Source: Cereibacter sphaeroides 2.4.1 (GTDB lineage Bacteria > Pseudomonadota > Alphaproteobacteria > Rhodobacterales > Rhodobacteraceae). Taken from it: a DNA stretch of 32,000 nucleotides. Shown piece after piece: positions 22,693-32,000 of the stretch. Where the stretch lies: the NCBI RefSeq assembly GCF_000012905.2, contig NC_007493.2:1230001-1262000 (forward strand), given 5' to 3'. Both the position numbers and the translations under genes were made by a program. Under the pieces are notes generated by a model. It saw only the letters and a list, made by a program, of their open reading frames with translations, was not told the origin of the DNA and did no database searches. How positions within the stretch are numbered: the stretch's first letter is position 1; each line of letters begins with the position of its first letter.

Positions 22693-23664
22693 CTACCAGC
22701 GGAGGACCACCGAGCCCCAGGCGAGCCCGCCGCCGATCGCTTCGGTGACCAGAAGGTCGCCTTCCTTGATCTGCCCGCGTGCCTTGCCGACCGAGAGGGC
22801 CAGGGGAATCGAGGCGGCCGAGGTATTGCCGTGATCCTGCACCGTCAGGATCACGCGGTCCATCGGAACCTGCATCCGCTGGGCGGTGGCCGAGATGATG
22901 CGCAGGTTGGCCTGATGCGGCACGATCCAGTCGACATCGCCGGCGCCGAGGCCCGCCTTCTCCAGTGCCGTATGCGCTGTTTCTGCAAGCTTCTCAACGG
23001 CATGGCGGAAAACCTCGCGTCCCTGCATCCGCAGGTGGCCCGTGGTGCCGGTCGAGGAGCCGCCATCGACATAGAGCAGGTCCTTGAAGCGGCCGTCCGA
23101 ATGCAGGTCGGTCGCAAGGATGCCGCGGTCGGCGGAGGTGCCGGCGCTCTCGGTGCCCTCGAGCACCACCGCGCCCGCGCCATCGCCGAAGAGCACGCAG
23201 GTGGCCCGGTCGTTCCAGTCCATCAGGCGGCTGAAGGTCTCGGCCCCGATCACGAGCACGCGCTGCGCCTGACCCGAGCGGATCAGCGCATCGGCATTGG
23301 CCAGCGCATAGACGAAGCCCGCGCAGACCGCCTGCACGTCGAAGGCGAAGCCGCGGGTCATGCCCAAGGCCGCCTGCACCATGGTGGCGGCGGAGGGGAA
23401 GGTGAGATCGGCCGTGGAGGTGGCGACGATCAGCGTGTCGATGTCGTCCGGCTGAAGCCCCGCGTCCTCGAGCGCTGCACGCGCCGCGCGGGCGGCGAGG
23501 TCGGAGGTCGTCTGTCCCTCCGCCGCGAAATGCCGCCGTTCGATGCCCGACCGGGTGCGGATCCATTCGTCGGTCGTCTCGACGATCGCCTCGAGTTCGG
23601 AGTTCGGGACGACACGGTCGGGCAGATAGTGCCCGACGCCCCTCACCACGGCGCGTATTGTCAT
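22693..23664 (-). CDS. fabH: Beta-ketoacyl-ACP synthase III
   Basis: It is 323 aa. The active-site context shows [11 protein letters not shown] (Cys), VPHQANLRI (His) and [10 protein letters not shown] (Asn). It lies 6 nt downstream of plsX. Confidence 0.95.
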   Translation of the reverse strand: MTIRAVVRGVGHYLPDRVVPNSELEAIVETTDEWIRTRSGIERRHFAAEGQTTSDLAARAARAALEDAGLQPDDIDTLIVATSTADLTFPSAATMVQAALGMTRGFAFDVQAVCAGFVYALANADALIRSGQAQRVLVIGAETFSRLMDWNDRATCVLFGDGAGAVVLEGTESAGTSADRGILATDLHSDGRFKDLLYVDGGSSTGTTGHLRMQGREVFRHAVEKLAETAHTALEKAGLGAGDVDWIVPHQANLRIISATAQRMQVPMDRVILTVQDHGNTSAASIPLALSVGKARGQIKEGDLLVTEAIGGGLAWGSVVLRW

Positions 23665-23670
23665 TCAGCT

Positions 23671-24783
23671 CTACCGTTTCTCAGATCTGCCGGGGGCGGC
23701 CATCTCGTCCGGGGCATCCTGCCCCGCCCGTCCGGCGGATGCAAGCCGTGCCGCCAGCCGCTCGTGGAAGCCCGATTGCGCGAGCCGGGCCGCCAGCGCG
23801 ATGGCCGCGGCGACCCCCGTGCCATCGGCGGAGCCGTGCGATTTCACCACGGTTCCGTTCAGCCCGAGAAAGACGCCGCCGTTCACGCGGCGCGGATCGA
23901 TGCGCTTCTGCAGCCGCTTGAGGGAGCCCAGCGCCAGAACCGCCGCCATCTTCGACAGGATGTTCGCGCCGAACGCCTCGCGGAGGAAATCCGAGATGAG
24001 CTTGGCCGTGCCTTCGCCCGTCTTCAGCGCGACATTGCCGGTGAAGCCGTCGGTGACGATCACGTCGCAGCGGCGGCCGGGGATGTCGCCGCCCTCGATG
24101 AAGCCCACGAATTCGTAGGCGCCGGCGGCGGCATTGGCCGAGATCAGATCCTGGGCCACCTTGAGTTCGGCGCGGCCCTTGTGCTCCTCGGTGCCCACAT
24201 TCAGCAGGCCCACGCGGGGACGCTCGAGGCTGAGACCGTTGCGGGCATAGGAGGCGCCCATCAGGGCATATTGCGCAAGATCCTCGGCGTCGGCCTTGAT
24301 GTCGGCGCCGACGTCCAGCATCACGTTGAAGCCGCCGGGATTGCGCGAGGGCCACATGCAGGCGATGGCCGGCCGGTTGACGCCGGGCAGCTTGCGCAGC
24401 CGGATCATCGAGACTGCCATCAGTGCGCCCGTGTTGCCGCAGGAGACCGCGACGGTCGCCTCGCCCGCGCGGACGCTCTCGATGCAGGACCACATGGAGG
24501 TGCCTTCGCCATGGCGCATGACCTGGCTCGGCTTGTCGTTCATCGTGACCACGCGCGGAGCGTGGCGGATCTCGCAGCGACCCTTGAGGTCCTTGCGCTT
24601 GGCGATCATCGGGCCAAGATGGGCCTCGTCACCATGGACGATGAAATAGGCGCCGGGGATGGCGGAGGCGGATTCAGCGAGGCCGGCCACAACAGCGGCC
24701 GGACCCCGGTCTCCGCCCATCGCATCGACGGATATGACTATGCGTCCTGCGCCCGTCGCCTGGAATGCGGTTTCGCTTGCCAT
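23671..24783 (-). CDS. plsX: Phosphate acyltransferase PlsX
   Basis: It shows the VDAMGGDRGP motif and GFTGNVALKT. It sits in the conserved rpmF-plsX-fabH order. Confidence 0.95.
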   Translation of the reverse strand: MASETAFQATGAGRIVISVDAMGGDRGPAAVVAGLAESASAIPGAYFIVHGDEAHLGPMIAKRKDLKGRCEIRHAPRVVTMNDKPSQVMRHGEGTSMWSCIESVRAGEATVAVSCGNTGALMAVSMIRLRKLPGVNRPAIACMWPSRNPGGFNVMLDVGADIKADAEDLAQYALMGASYARNGLSLERPRVGLLNVGTEEHKGRAELKVAQDLISANAAAGAYEFVGFIEGGDIPGRRCDVIVTDGFTGNVALKTGEGTAKLISDFLREAFGANILSKMAAVLALGSLKRLQKRIDPRRVNGGVFLGLNGTVVKSHGSADGTGVAAAIALAARLAQSGFHERLAARLASAGRAGQDAPDEMAAPGRSEKR

Positions 24784-24808
24784 GCGTTGGGGGGAGGTCA
24801 GGCGCGGC

Positions 24809-25015
24809 TTACGCCGCGTCCTCGTCCAGATCGGTTTCCGCCGTCACCGCCACCACTTCGCGCGAGTCATAGTGACCGCAGGCGCCGCAGACGTGGTGCG
24901 GGCGCTTCAGTTCGCCGCAGTTCGGGCACTCGGCCGGATTGGAAGCGACGAGCGCGTCGTGCGAGCGACGCATGTTGCGCCGGGAACGGGTGACTCGGTT
25001 CTGAGGGACAGCCAT
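24809..25015 (-). CDS. rpmF: 50S ribosomal protein L32
   Basis: The N-terminus reads [19 protein letters not shown]. It has a CPNC...CGAC zinc ribbon and is 68 aa. Confidence 0.95.
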   Translation of the reverse strand: MAVPQNRVTRSRRNMRRSHDALVASNPAECPNCGELKRPHHVCGACGHYDSREVVAVTAETDLDEDAA

Positions 25016-25192
25016 GTCTCAACCTCGTGTTACGGAGGGGCCAGGCCCCTGTTTTGCCTTGGGGATTCGCGCGCTTCCCCAAGGGGCGGGCGCTTGTGAT
25101 CCGCGTGTCGAACGAGGCGCGGAACATAGTGGGATTCTGGCCCGGCGCAAGCCCCTTTCTCTCGGGGCGTGGCGCATGGGCCGCGGGCTTGG

Positions 25193-25786
25193 TCAGCCGT
25201 CGCCCTCGGCGCCGCCCGCGGGCTCGTCGCCGCCCATCCGGCGGCGGAGCTCGGCCAGGCTCGCGAAGGGTTTCAGGTCGGTGTCCGAGAGCGGGGCCGC
25301 CCCGGGGGGCGCGAACGTCGCGGCGTCGAGCTCGGCCCCCGGCGCGCGGGGGTAGAGCGGCAGCGCGAGCGCGAGGGCCTCGACCGCGACGGCGCCGGCA
25401 TCGATCACCTCGGGCAGGGGTTCGCTGTCGTCCTCGGGGATCTCGACCTCCTCGCCCTCGGGGACGGTGTAATTGGCGAGGTAATGCCGGCTCACCGCCT
25501 CGTCGATCCGCGTCGTGACGGGGGCCAGCGTGACCGAGCAGGGCTGCACCACGGTGGCCGCGAGCCGCCCCTCGAGTTCGAAGTCGCGCTTGCCCATCGG
25601 GCGGATCTCGCCCTTGAAGCTCATGCCGCGCACGGCGCTGATGCCGAGCAGGGCCGCCACCAGCCCCTGGACCTCGGCGTCGGGCTCGATGCGGAAGCGG
25701 GTGGGGCGGTTGGCGGAGAGGGCGGCCACCCGGAACGGGCAGGAGACGGGCAGATCGGCACTCGAGGCTTGGACGGGTTCCGGCAT
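25193..25786 (-). CDS. yceD: YceD/DUF177 family protein (large-subunit rRNA accumulation protein)
   Basis: I start it at ATG 25786 (MPEPVQASS), giving 197 aa with an acidic C-terminal half. It holds the conserved position upstream of rpmF. The ORF-track start 25993 adds an Arg/Pro-rich shadow extension. Confidence 0.75.
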   Translation of the reverse strand: MPEPVQASSADLPVSCPFRVAALSANRPTRFRIEPDAEVQGLVAALLGISAVRGMSFKGEIRPMGKRDFELEGRLAATVVQPCSVTLAPVTTRIDEAVSRHYLANYTVPEGEEVEIPEDDSEPLPEVIDAGAVAVEALALALPLYPRAPGAELDAATFAPPGAAPLSDTDLKPFASLAELRRRMGGDEPAGGAEGDG

Positions 25787-26007
25787 GACGCGGTTTCTTT
25801 CCGGTTTTCGGGCGGTTGCGGGCGCCTTGTCCGCGCCGCGGGCCGCCGGTGGGGGCGCAGGCGGCGGGGCTGCCGGGGCGCAGGGTGCCGGTCCTCGTTC
25901 CTTCCTTGAACAGAGGCCGGACCTTCTGTAAGCCGGTGGCTGAGCCGCAGACGGTCCATCGTCGCGTTCGGGATACGGGGCTTCGCCCCGCAAGGCAAGG
26001 GGTCGTC

Positions 26008-26505
26008 ATGGCGCGGGAAGTCAGGATCGGAGCAGCGCAAAACCGGCGGGGCCTGCGCAGGTTGGCGCTGGGACTGTCGCTTGCCGTCGTGGTGGCCGCC
26101 TGCCAGCCGATCTACCGCAATCACGGTTATGTGCCGACCGAGATCGACCTGCAGCGGATCGAGGTCGGCCGCGACACCCGCGACAGCGTGGCCGAGATCG
26201 TGGGCCGGCCGTCGGCCTCGACGCTTCTGAACGACAGCGGCTGGTATTATGTGCAGAGCCGCTACCGCCATTACGGCGCGCGCGAGCCGCAGGAGGTGGA
26301 CCGTCAGGTGGTGGCGATCACCTTCAACCCGACGGGCACCGTGCGCAACATCGAGCGGTTCGGTCTCGAGAAGGGGCAGATCGTGCCGCTGTCGCGCCGA
26401 GTGACCGACACGACGATCGAGGGCACGGGCTTCCTGCGCCAGCTGTTCGGCAACATCGGCGCGCTGCGGACGCAGGACATGATCAACGACAACGGCATCC
26501 GCTGA
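26008..26505 (+). CDS. bamE: Outer membrane protein assembly factor BamE (SmpA/OmlA lipoprotein)
   Basis: It starts at ATG 26008 and has lipobox LAVVVAAC. The SmpA/OmlA-like core shows IEVGRDTRDSVAEIVGRPS...DSGWYYV. Confidence 0.8.
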   Translation: MAREVRIGAAQNRRGLRRLALGLSLAVVVAACQPIYRNHGYVPTEIDLQRIEVGRDTRDSVAEIVGRPSASTLLNDSGWYYVQSRYRHYGAREPQEVDRQVVAITFNPTGTVRNIERFGLEKGQIVPLSRRVTDTTIEGTGFLRQLFGNIGALRTQDMINDNGIR

Positions 26506-26524
26506 GCCGCTGGGCCGGACGGAG

Positions 26525-26545
26525 CCGGGGGCTTCGCGCCCCCGG
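26525..26545. terminator. Bidirectional GC hairpin between convergent bamE and msrB
   Basis: CCGGGGGC (26525-26532) pairs with GCCCCCGG (26538-26545) around a TTCGC loop, giving an 8-bp all-GC stem. There is no clear U tract. Confidence 0.55.
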
Positions 26546-26597
26546 ACCCCCGCGGGATATTTGAGCCAGAATGAAGGGCGCGCCGGCGGAGGGCGGC

Positions 26598-27002
26598 CTA
26601 GCCCTTCGGCTCGAAGGTCATGGCCACGCCGTTCATGCAGTAACGCAGGCCCGTCGGCTGCGGGCCGTCCGGAAAGACGTGGCCCAGATGCGCCTCGCAG
26701 CGCGCACAATGCACCTCGGTGCGGCGCATGAAGAAGCTGCGGTCCACGCTGGTCTCGACCGCTTCGGGATCGATCGGAGCCCAGAAGCTGGGCCAGCCGG
26801 TGCCGCTCTCGAACTTCTGCGCCTGATCGAACAGGGGCGCGCCGCAGCCCACGCAGCGGAAGACGCCAGGCTCCTTCGGGAAATCGTCGTGGGTGCCGGC
26901 CCGCTCGGTGCCGTGCTTGCGCGTCACCTTGTAGGCGAGCTCGGAAAGCTCGGCCCTCCATTCCGCATCGCTCTTCACCACCTTCTCGCGCTCGTCGGTC
27001 AT
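26598..27002 (-). CDS. msrB: Peptide-methionine (R)-S-oxide reductase MsrB
   Basis: It has CVGCGAPLF and CARCEAHLGHVF zinc CxxC pairs, GWPSF, and catalytic RYCMNG. It is 134 aa. Confidence 0.93.
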   Translation of the reverse strand: MTDEREKVVKSDAEWRAELSELAYKVTRKHGTERAGTHDDFPKEPGVFRCVGCGAPLFDQAQKFESGTGWPSFWAPIDPEAVETSVDRSFFMRRTEVHCARCEAHLGHVFPDGPQPTGLRYCMNGVAMTFEPKG

Positions 27003-27108
27003 GTTCGTCTCCCGCTGCTGGCGCGGCCCCTTGACCGCTTGCGCCCTTCGGCGGCGCGGCTCATATCTAGGCGCGCCGTTCCGCTGCGCAAGTCACGAGG
27101 AGGTGTCG

Positions 27109-27861
27109 ATGCTCGCGCTCAGCAGGGGCCGCTATCTGGCGCGGCCGGCCGCGGGCCTAGAGGATCTGCGCCGGGCGCAGGAGCTTCGCTGGCTGGCCTT
27201 CCATGCGCGCCGCGCGGGAAGCGGGGCCTCCGGGCTGGACGCCGACCGGTTCGACGGGGCCTGCAGCCACATGCTGATCGAGGAGGCGGAGAGCGGGGCG
27301 CTGGTCGGCTGCTTCCGCTTCCTGACCTTCGCCAGCGGGCGCGAGATCGGCCGCAGCTATTCGGCGCAGTTCTACGAGCTGTCGGCGCTGGAGGGCTTCG
27401 CGGGGCCAATGGTCGAGATGGGGCGCTTCTGCATCCATCCCGATCGGCGCGATCCGGACATCCTGCGCGTGGCCTGGGGGGCGCTGACGCAGCATGTGGA
27501 CCGGGCCGGGATCGAGATGCTCTTCGGCTGCTCCTCGTTCCATGGTACCGAGCCCGAGGCCTATCTCGACACGTTCGCCATGCTGAAGGAGCGCCATCTT
27601 GCGCCGCCGCGCTGGTTGCCGCGGGTGAAGGCCGCCTCGGTCTACCGCTTCGCCCAGCGCCTCGCACGGCGCGAGCCGGATGCGCGGCGCGCCATGCTGC
27701 AGATGCCGCCCCTCCTGCGGACCTATCTGATGATGGGAGGATGGGTGTCCGATCACGCGGTGGTGGACCGCGAAATGGACACGCTCCATGTCTTCACCGG
27801 GCTCGAGATCGGCGCCATTCCCGCGCGCCGCGCGCGCGCCCTGCGCGCCGTGGCGGGCTGA
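27109..27861 (+). CDS. GNAT-family N-acyl amino acid synthase (OlsB-like, ornithine-acyl-ACP N-acyltransferase family)
   Basis: ATG 27109 lies 5 nt after GAGGAGG. Family-typical motifs are RAQELRWLAF, VEMGRFCIHPD, LFGCSSFHG and LLRTYLMMGGW. It is 250 aa. Confidence 0.65.
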   Translation: MLALSRGRYLARPAAGLEDLRRAQELRWLAFHARRAGSGASGLDADRFDGACSHMLIEEAESGALVGCFRFLTFASGREIGRSYSAQFYELSALEGFAGPMVEMGRFCIHPDRRDPDILRVAWGALTQHVDRAGIEMLFGCSSFHGTEPEAYLDTFAMLKERHLAPPRWLPRVKAASVYRFAQRLARREPDARRAMLQMPPLLRTYLMMGGWVSDHAVVDREMDTLHVFTGLEIGAIPARRARALRAVAG

Positions 27862-27867
27862 GGCAGG

Positions 27868-29007
27868 TCAGCGGGCGCCGCGCCAGATCCAGCCGCCGCC
27901 CAGAATGCGGCTGTCGCCCGGCGCGTAAAAGACGCAGGCCTGACCCGGCGAGACGCCGTCCTCGGGGGCGATCAGTTCCACCTCGGCCTCGGTGTCCGAC
28001 AGCGGGCGGATCACCGCCTCGCGCGGGGCCCGGGTGGAGCGCACCTTGGCCATCACCTGCCATTCGGAGCGGGAGGTGAGCGGGGCATCGCCCAGCCAGT
28101 TGATCTCGCGCACCGGGACGATCCGGGTCGAGAGCGCCTCCTTCGGGCCCACGATCACCTGACGCCGCTCGGGATCGAGCCGCACCACATAGAGCGGATC
28201 GCCGAGGCCGCCGATGCCGAGGCCGCGTCTCTGGCCGATCGTGTAGTGGATGACGCCACGATGTTCGCCGAGCACCCGGCCGGAGAGATCCACGATCTCG
28301 CCCGGGTCGGCCGCGCCGGGGCGCAGCTTCTGGATCACCTCGGCATAGTTGCCGTTCGGCACGAAGCAGATGTCCTGGCTGTCGGGCTTGTCGGCCACGG
28401 GCAATCCGTGCCGCGCGGCCAGCGCGCGGGTCTCGGCCTTCGAGGCGAGATGGCCGAGCGGGAAGCGCAGGAAGGCCAGCTGCTCGGGCGTGGTCGAGAA
28501 GAGGAAATAGCTCTGGTCGCGCGCGGGGTCGGCCGCGCTGTGCAGCTCGGGCCCCGCCGGGCCCATCTTGCGCTGGATATAGTGGCCCGTCGCCATGCAG
28601 TCGGCGTCGAGATCCTTCGCCGTCTGCAGCAGGTCCTTGAACTTCACCCGTTCGTTGCAGCGGATGCAGGGCACGGGCGTGGCCCCGGCCAGATAGGCGT
28701 CGGCGAATTCGTCGATCACCGCCTCGCGGAAGGTGTTCTCGTAATCGAGCACATAATGGGGAAAGCCCATCGTCTCGGCCACGCGCCGCGCGTCATGGAT
28801 GTCGCGCCCGGCGCAGCAGGCGCCCTTCTTGGCCAGCGCCGCGCCATGGTCGTAGAGCTGGAGCGTGACGCCCACCACATCGTAGCCCTCGGCGGCGAGC
28901 TCGGCCGCCACCACGGAACTGTCGACGCCGCCCGACATGGCCACCACCACGCGGGTGACGGCGGGGGGCTTGGCGAAACCCAGCGAATTGAGCGGATGGT
29001 CGAGCAT
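27868..29007 (-). CDS. mnmA: tRNA 2-thiouridine(34) synthase MnmA
   Basis: It has the PP-loop [12 protein letters not shown], catalytic Cys contexts (CCAGRD, VPCIRCN) and a C-terminal barrel. I start it at ATG 29007 (MLDHPLNS) rather than 29079. Confidence 0.92.
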   Translation of the reverse strand: MLDHPLNSLGFAKPPAVTRVVVAMSGGVDSSVVAAELAAEGYDVVGVTLQLYDHGAALAKKGACCAGRDIHDARRVAETMGFPHYVLDYENTFREAVIDEFADAYLAGATPVPCIRCNERVKFKDLLQTAKDLDADCMATGHYIQRKMGPAGPELHSAADPARDQSYFLFSTTPEQLAFLRFPLGHLASKAETRALAARHGLPVADKPDSQDICFVPNGNYAEVIQKLRPGAADPGEIVDLSGRVLGEHRGVIHYTIGQRRGLGIGGLGDPLYVVRLDPERRQVIVGPKEALSTRIVPVREINWLGDAPLTSRSEWQVMAKVRSTRAPREAVIRPLSDTEAEVELIAPEDGVSPGQACVFYAPGDSRILGGGWIWRGAR

Positions 29008-29074
29008 GGCTGCGCGCCTTCGGATCGGTGAAGCGCGCAATATAAGAAAATGCAGCGCAGTCTCAACCCCTCGT

Positions 29075-29089
29075 TTCACCGATGATTAA
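29075..29089 (+). promoter_or_regulatory. Possible degenerate CtrA box upstream of sciP (TTCA-N7-TTAA)
   Basis: TTCACCGATGATTAA matches TTAA-N7-TTAA with two mismatches in the left half. It ends 42 nt upstream of the sciP ATG, in a locally AT-rich stretch. Confidence 0.3.
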
Positions 29090-29130
29090 GGCCGCTCCGT
29101 CAGCCTTTCCGCCTGATGGAGGGATGAGGG

Positions 29131-29409
29131 ATGTATCTCAAGCGCGTTGATGGTCCGCGGCAGGTGACGCTGCCGGACGGGACCGTTCTGAGCCGGGCCG
29201 ACCTGCCGCCGCTCGACACACGGCGCTGGGTTGCAAGCCGCAAGGCAGCCGTCGTGAAGGCGGTGATCCACGGGCTCATCACCGAGCGCGAGGCGCTGGA
29301 CCGCTACAGCCTGTCCGAAGAGGAATTCGCCCTGTGGCGGTCGGCGGTGGCCGCGCACGGCGAGAAGGCGCTGAAGGTCACGATGATCCAGAAATATCGG
29401 CAACTTTAG
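29131..29409 (+). CDS. sciP: CtrA inhibitor SciP (DUF1153 small transcriptional regulator)
   Basis: It is 92 aa and reads MYLKRVDGPRQVTLPDGTVLSRADLPPLDTRRWVASRKAAVVKAVIHGLI...KVTMIQKYRQL. It matches the SciP/DUF1153 family and lies immediately upstream of ctrA, as in other Rhodobacterales. Confidence 0.85.
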   Translation: MYLKRVDGPRQVTLPDGTVLSRADLPPLDTRRWVASRKAAVVKAVIHGLITEREALDRYSLSEEEFALWRSAVAAHGEKALKVTMIQKYRQL

Positions 29410-29436
29410 ATTGTATTCAGCTTCGCCTATGCGAGA

Positions 29437-29455
29437 GTAACTCATGATTAACCAT
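29437..29455 (+). promoter_or_regulatory. CtrA binding-site candidate in the ctrA promoter (GTAA-N7-TTAA overlapping the TTAACCAT half-site)
   Basis: GTAACTCATGATTAACCAT is a full box with one mismatch to TTAA-N7-TTAA. It also contains an exact copy of the TTAACCAT 8-mer known from Caulobacter CtrA targets. It lies 50-68 nt upstream of the ctrA ATG, inside an AT-rich island (29400-29480). Confidence 0.55.
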
Positions 29456-29504
29456 TGGGCATCATTGTAGTTAATACCTAGGGTGGCGATGCGGAGCGCG
29501 AGTG

Positions 29505-30218
29505 ATGAGAATACTGCTGGTGGAGGATGATCCGACCACGTCCCGCAGCATCGAATTGATGCTGACTCATGCGAACCTGAACGTCTATTGCACCGATCTC
29601 GGCGAGGACGGGATCGATCTGGCCAAGCTCTACGATTACGATCTCATCCTGCTGGATCTCAACCTGCCCGACATGAGCGGGCACGAGGTCCTGCGCCAGC
29701 TCCGCCTTGCGCGGGTGGACACGCCCATCCTGATCCTGTCCGGCGCCGACGATACCGAGAACAAGATCAAGGGCTTCGGCTTCGGCGCCGACGATTACAT
29801 GACCAAGCCCTTCCACCGCGAGGAGCTGGTCGCCCGCATTCATGCCATCATCCGCCGCTCGAAGGGCCATGCCCAGTCCGTGATCCGGACGGGTAAGATC
29901 CTCGTTAATCTCGATGCGAAGACCGTCGAGGTCGAGGGTAAGCCCGTGCATCTGACGGGCAAGGAATATCAGATGCTGGAGCTGCTCTCGCTGCGCAAGG
30001 GCACGACGCTCACGAAGGAGATGTTTCTTAATCACCTTTACGGAGGCATGGACGAGCCCGAACTCAAGATCATCGATGTGTTCATCTGCAAGCTGCGCAA
30101 GAAGCTGGCCGAGGCCACGGGGGGCGAGAGCTACATCGAGACGGTCTGGGGCCGGGGCTATGTCCTGCGCGATCCGGTGACGACCGAGACCGACCGGCGG
30201 TTCGCCATCGGCGCCTGA
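29505..30218 (+). CDS. ctrA: Cell-cycle/motility/GTA master response regulator CtrA
   Basis: It reads [20 protein letters not shown]...[13 protein letters not shown]...ADDYMTKPF. The OmpR-type winged helix shows [30 protein letters not shown]...VWGRGYVL. I take ATG 29505, which is one codon inside the ORF-track GTG at 29502. Confidence 0.95.
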   Translation: MRILLVEDDPTTSRSIELMLTHANLNVYCTDLGEDGIDLAKLYDYDLILLDLNLPDMSGHEVLRQLRLARVDTPILILSGADDTENKIKGFGFGADDYMTKPFHREELVARIHAIIRRSKGHAQSVIRTGKILVNLDAKTVEVEGKPVHLTGKEYQMLELLSLRKGTTLTKEMFLNHLYGGMDEPELKIIDVFICKLRKKLAEATGGESYIETVWGRGYVLRDPVTTETDRRFAIGA

Positions 30219-30281
30219 CCGGCCTGCCCGGGCGCGGCCTCCGGGACAGGCGGGCTGGACGAGGCTCGGGCGGTTGCCTAA

Positions 30282-32000
<1,719 letters not shown>

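Noticed and set aside
21391-24993. 1200-aa ORF on the plus strand
   Set aside because: It runs antisense across five well-supported minus-strand genes (merR-like, ihfA, fabH, plsX, rpmF). Its translation is Arg/Gly/Ala/Pro-rich low-complexity sequence with no motifs. This is the typical stop-codon-poor shadow frame of high-GC DNA.

Overview
This is a very GC-rich (roughly 68-70% by eye) alphaproteobacterial chromosome segment. The proteins (CtrA, SciP, long-form PstC/PstA, quinoprotein-dehydrogenase accessory genes) look like Rhodobacteraceae, most like Cereibacter/Rhodobacter sphaeroides. That is recognition only; nothing was searched. I can support 36 CDSs, one tRNA-Pro(GGG) and a handful of regulatory or structural sites. 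Layout: (i) 1-7857 holds accessory genes of a PQQ/quinoprotein dehydrogenase locus. These are an ABC-2 exporter permease plus a coupled periplasmic protein, a divergent metallo-beta-lactamase (MBL) hydrolase / fused SoxYZ-like Cys-carrier pair, and a tightly packed five-gene unit (LuxR-type response regulator, FIST/NosP-like sensor, NahK/ErcS-like hybrid kinase, two secreted unknowns). (ii) 7955-10534 is a NitT/TauT-type ABC importer. (iii) 10648-16777 is pstSCAB-phoU-phoB with a candidate Pho box. (iv) 17153-18773 is flavin reductase, ArsR regulator and an SOS-response-associated peptidase (SRAP). (v) corA, long-form dcd and tRNA-Pro follow. (vi) 21448-25786 is yceD-rpmF-plsX-fabH-ihfA-merR. 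(vii) Then bamE, msrB, an orphan OlsB-like N-acyltransferase and mnmA. (viii) Finally sciP-ctrA-ligA; ligA runs off the 3' end and is absent from the ORF track. I saw no transposase, integrase, CRISPR, toxin-antitoxin or recognisable defence genes, so this is core genome, not an island. The best candidates for undescribed biology are in the left 8 kb: the periplasmic Cys-carrier/MBL 'relay' pair, the NosP/NahK-type signalling module wired to it, and the two secreted proteins translationally coupled to the kinase. Smaller oddities are a 40-nt direct repeat duplicating a gene's 3' end at exactly 100-bp offset, tandem perfect SD/anti-SD 12-mers upstream of pstS, and an ArsR-SRAP operon with no LexA box. 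The very long ORFs in the track (1200, 869, 833, 803, 678 aa) are antisense or out-of-frame shadows typical of high-GC DNA.
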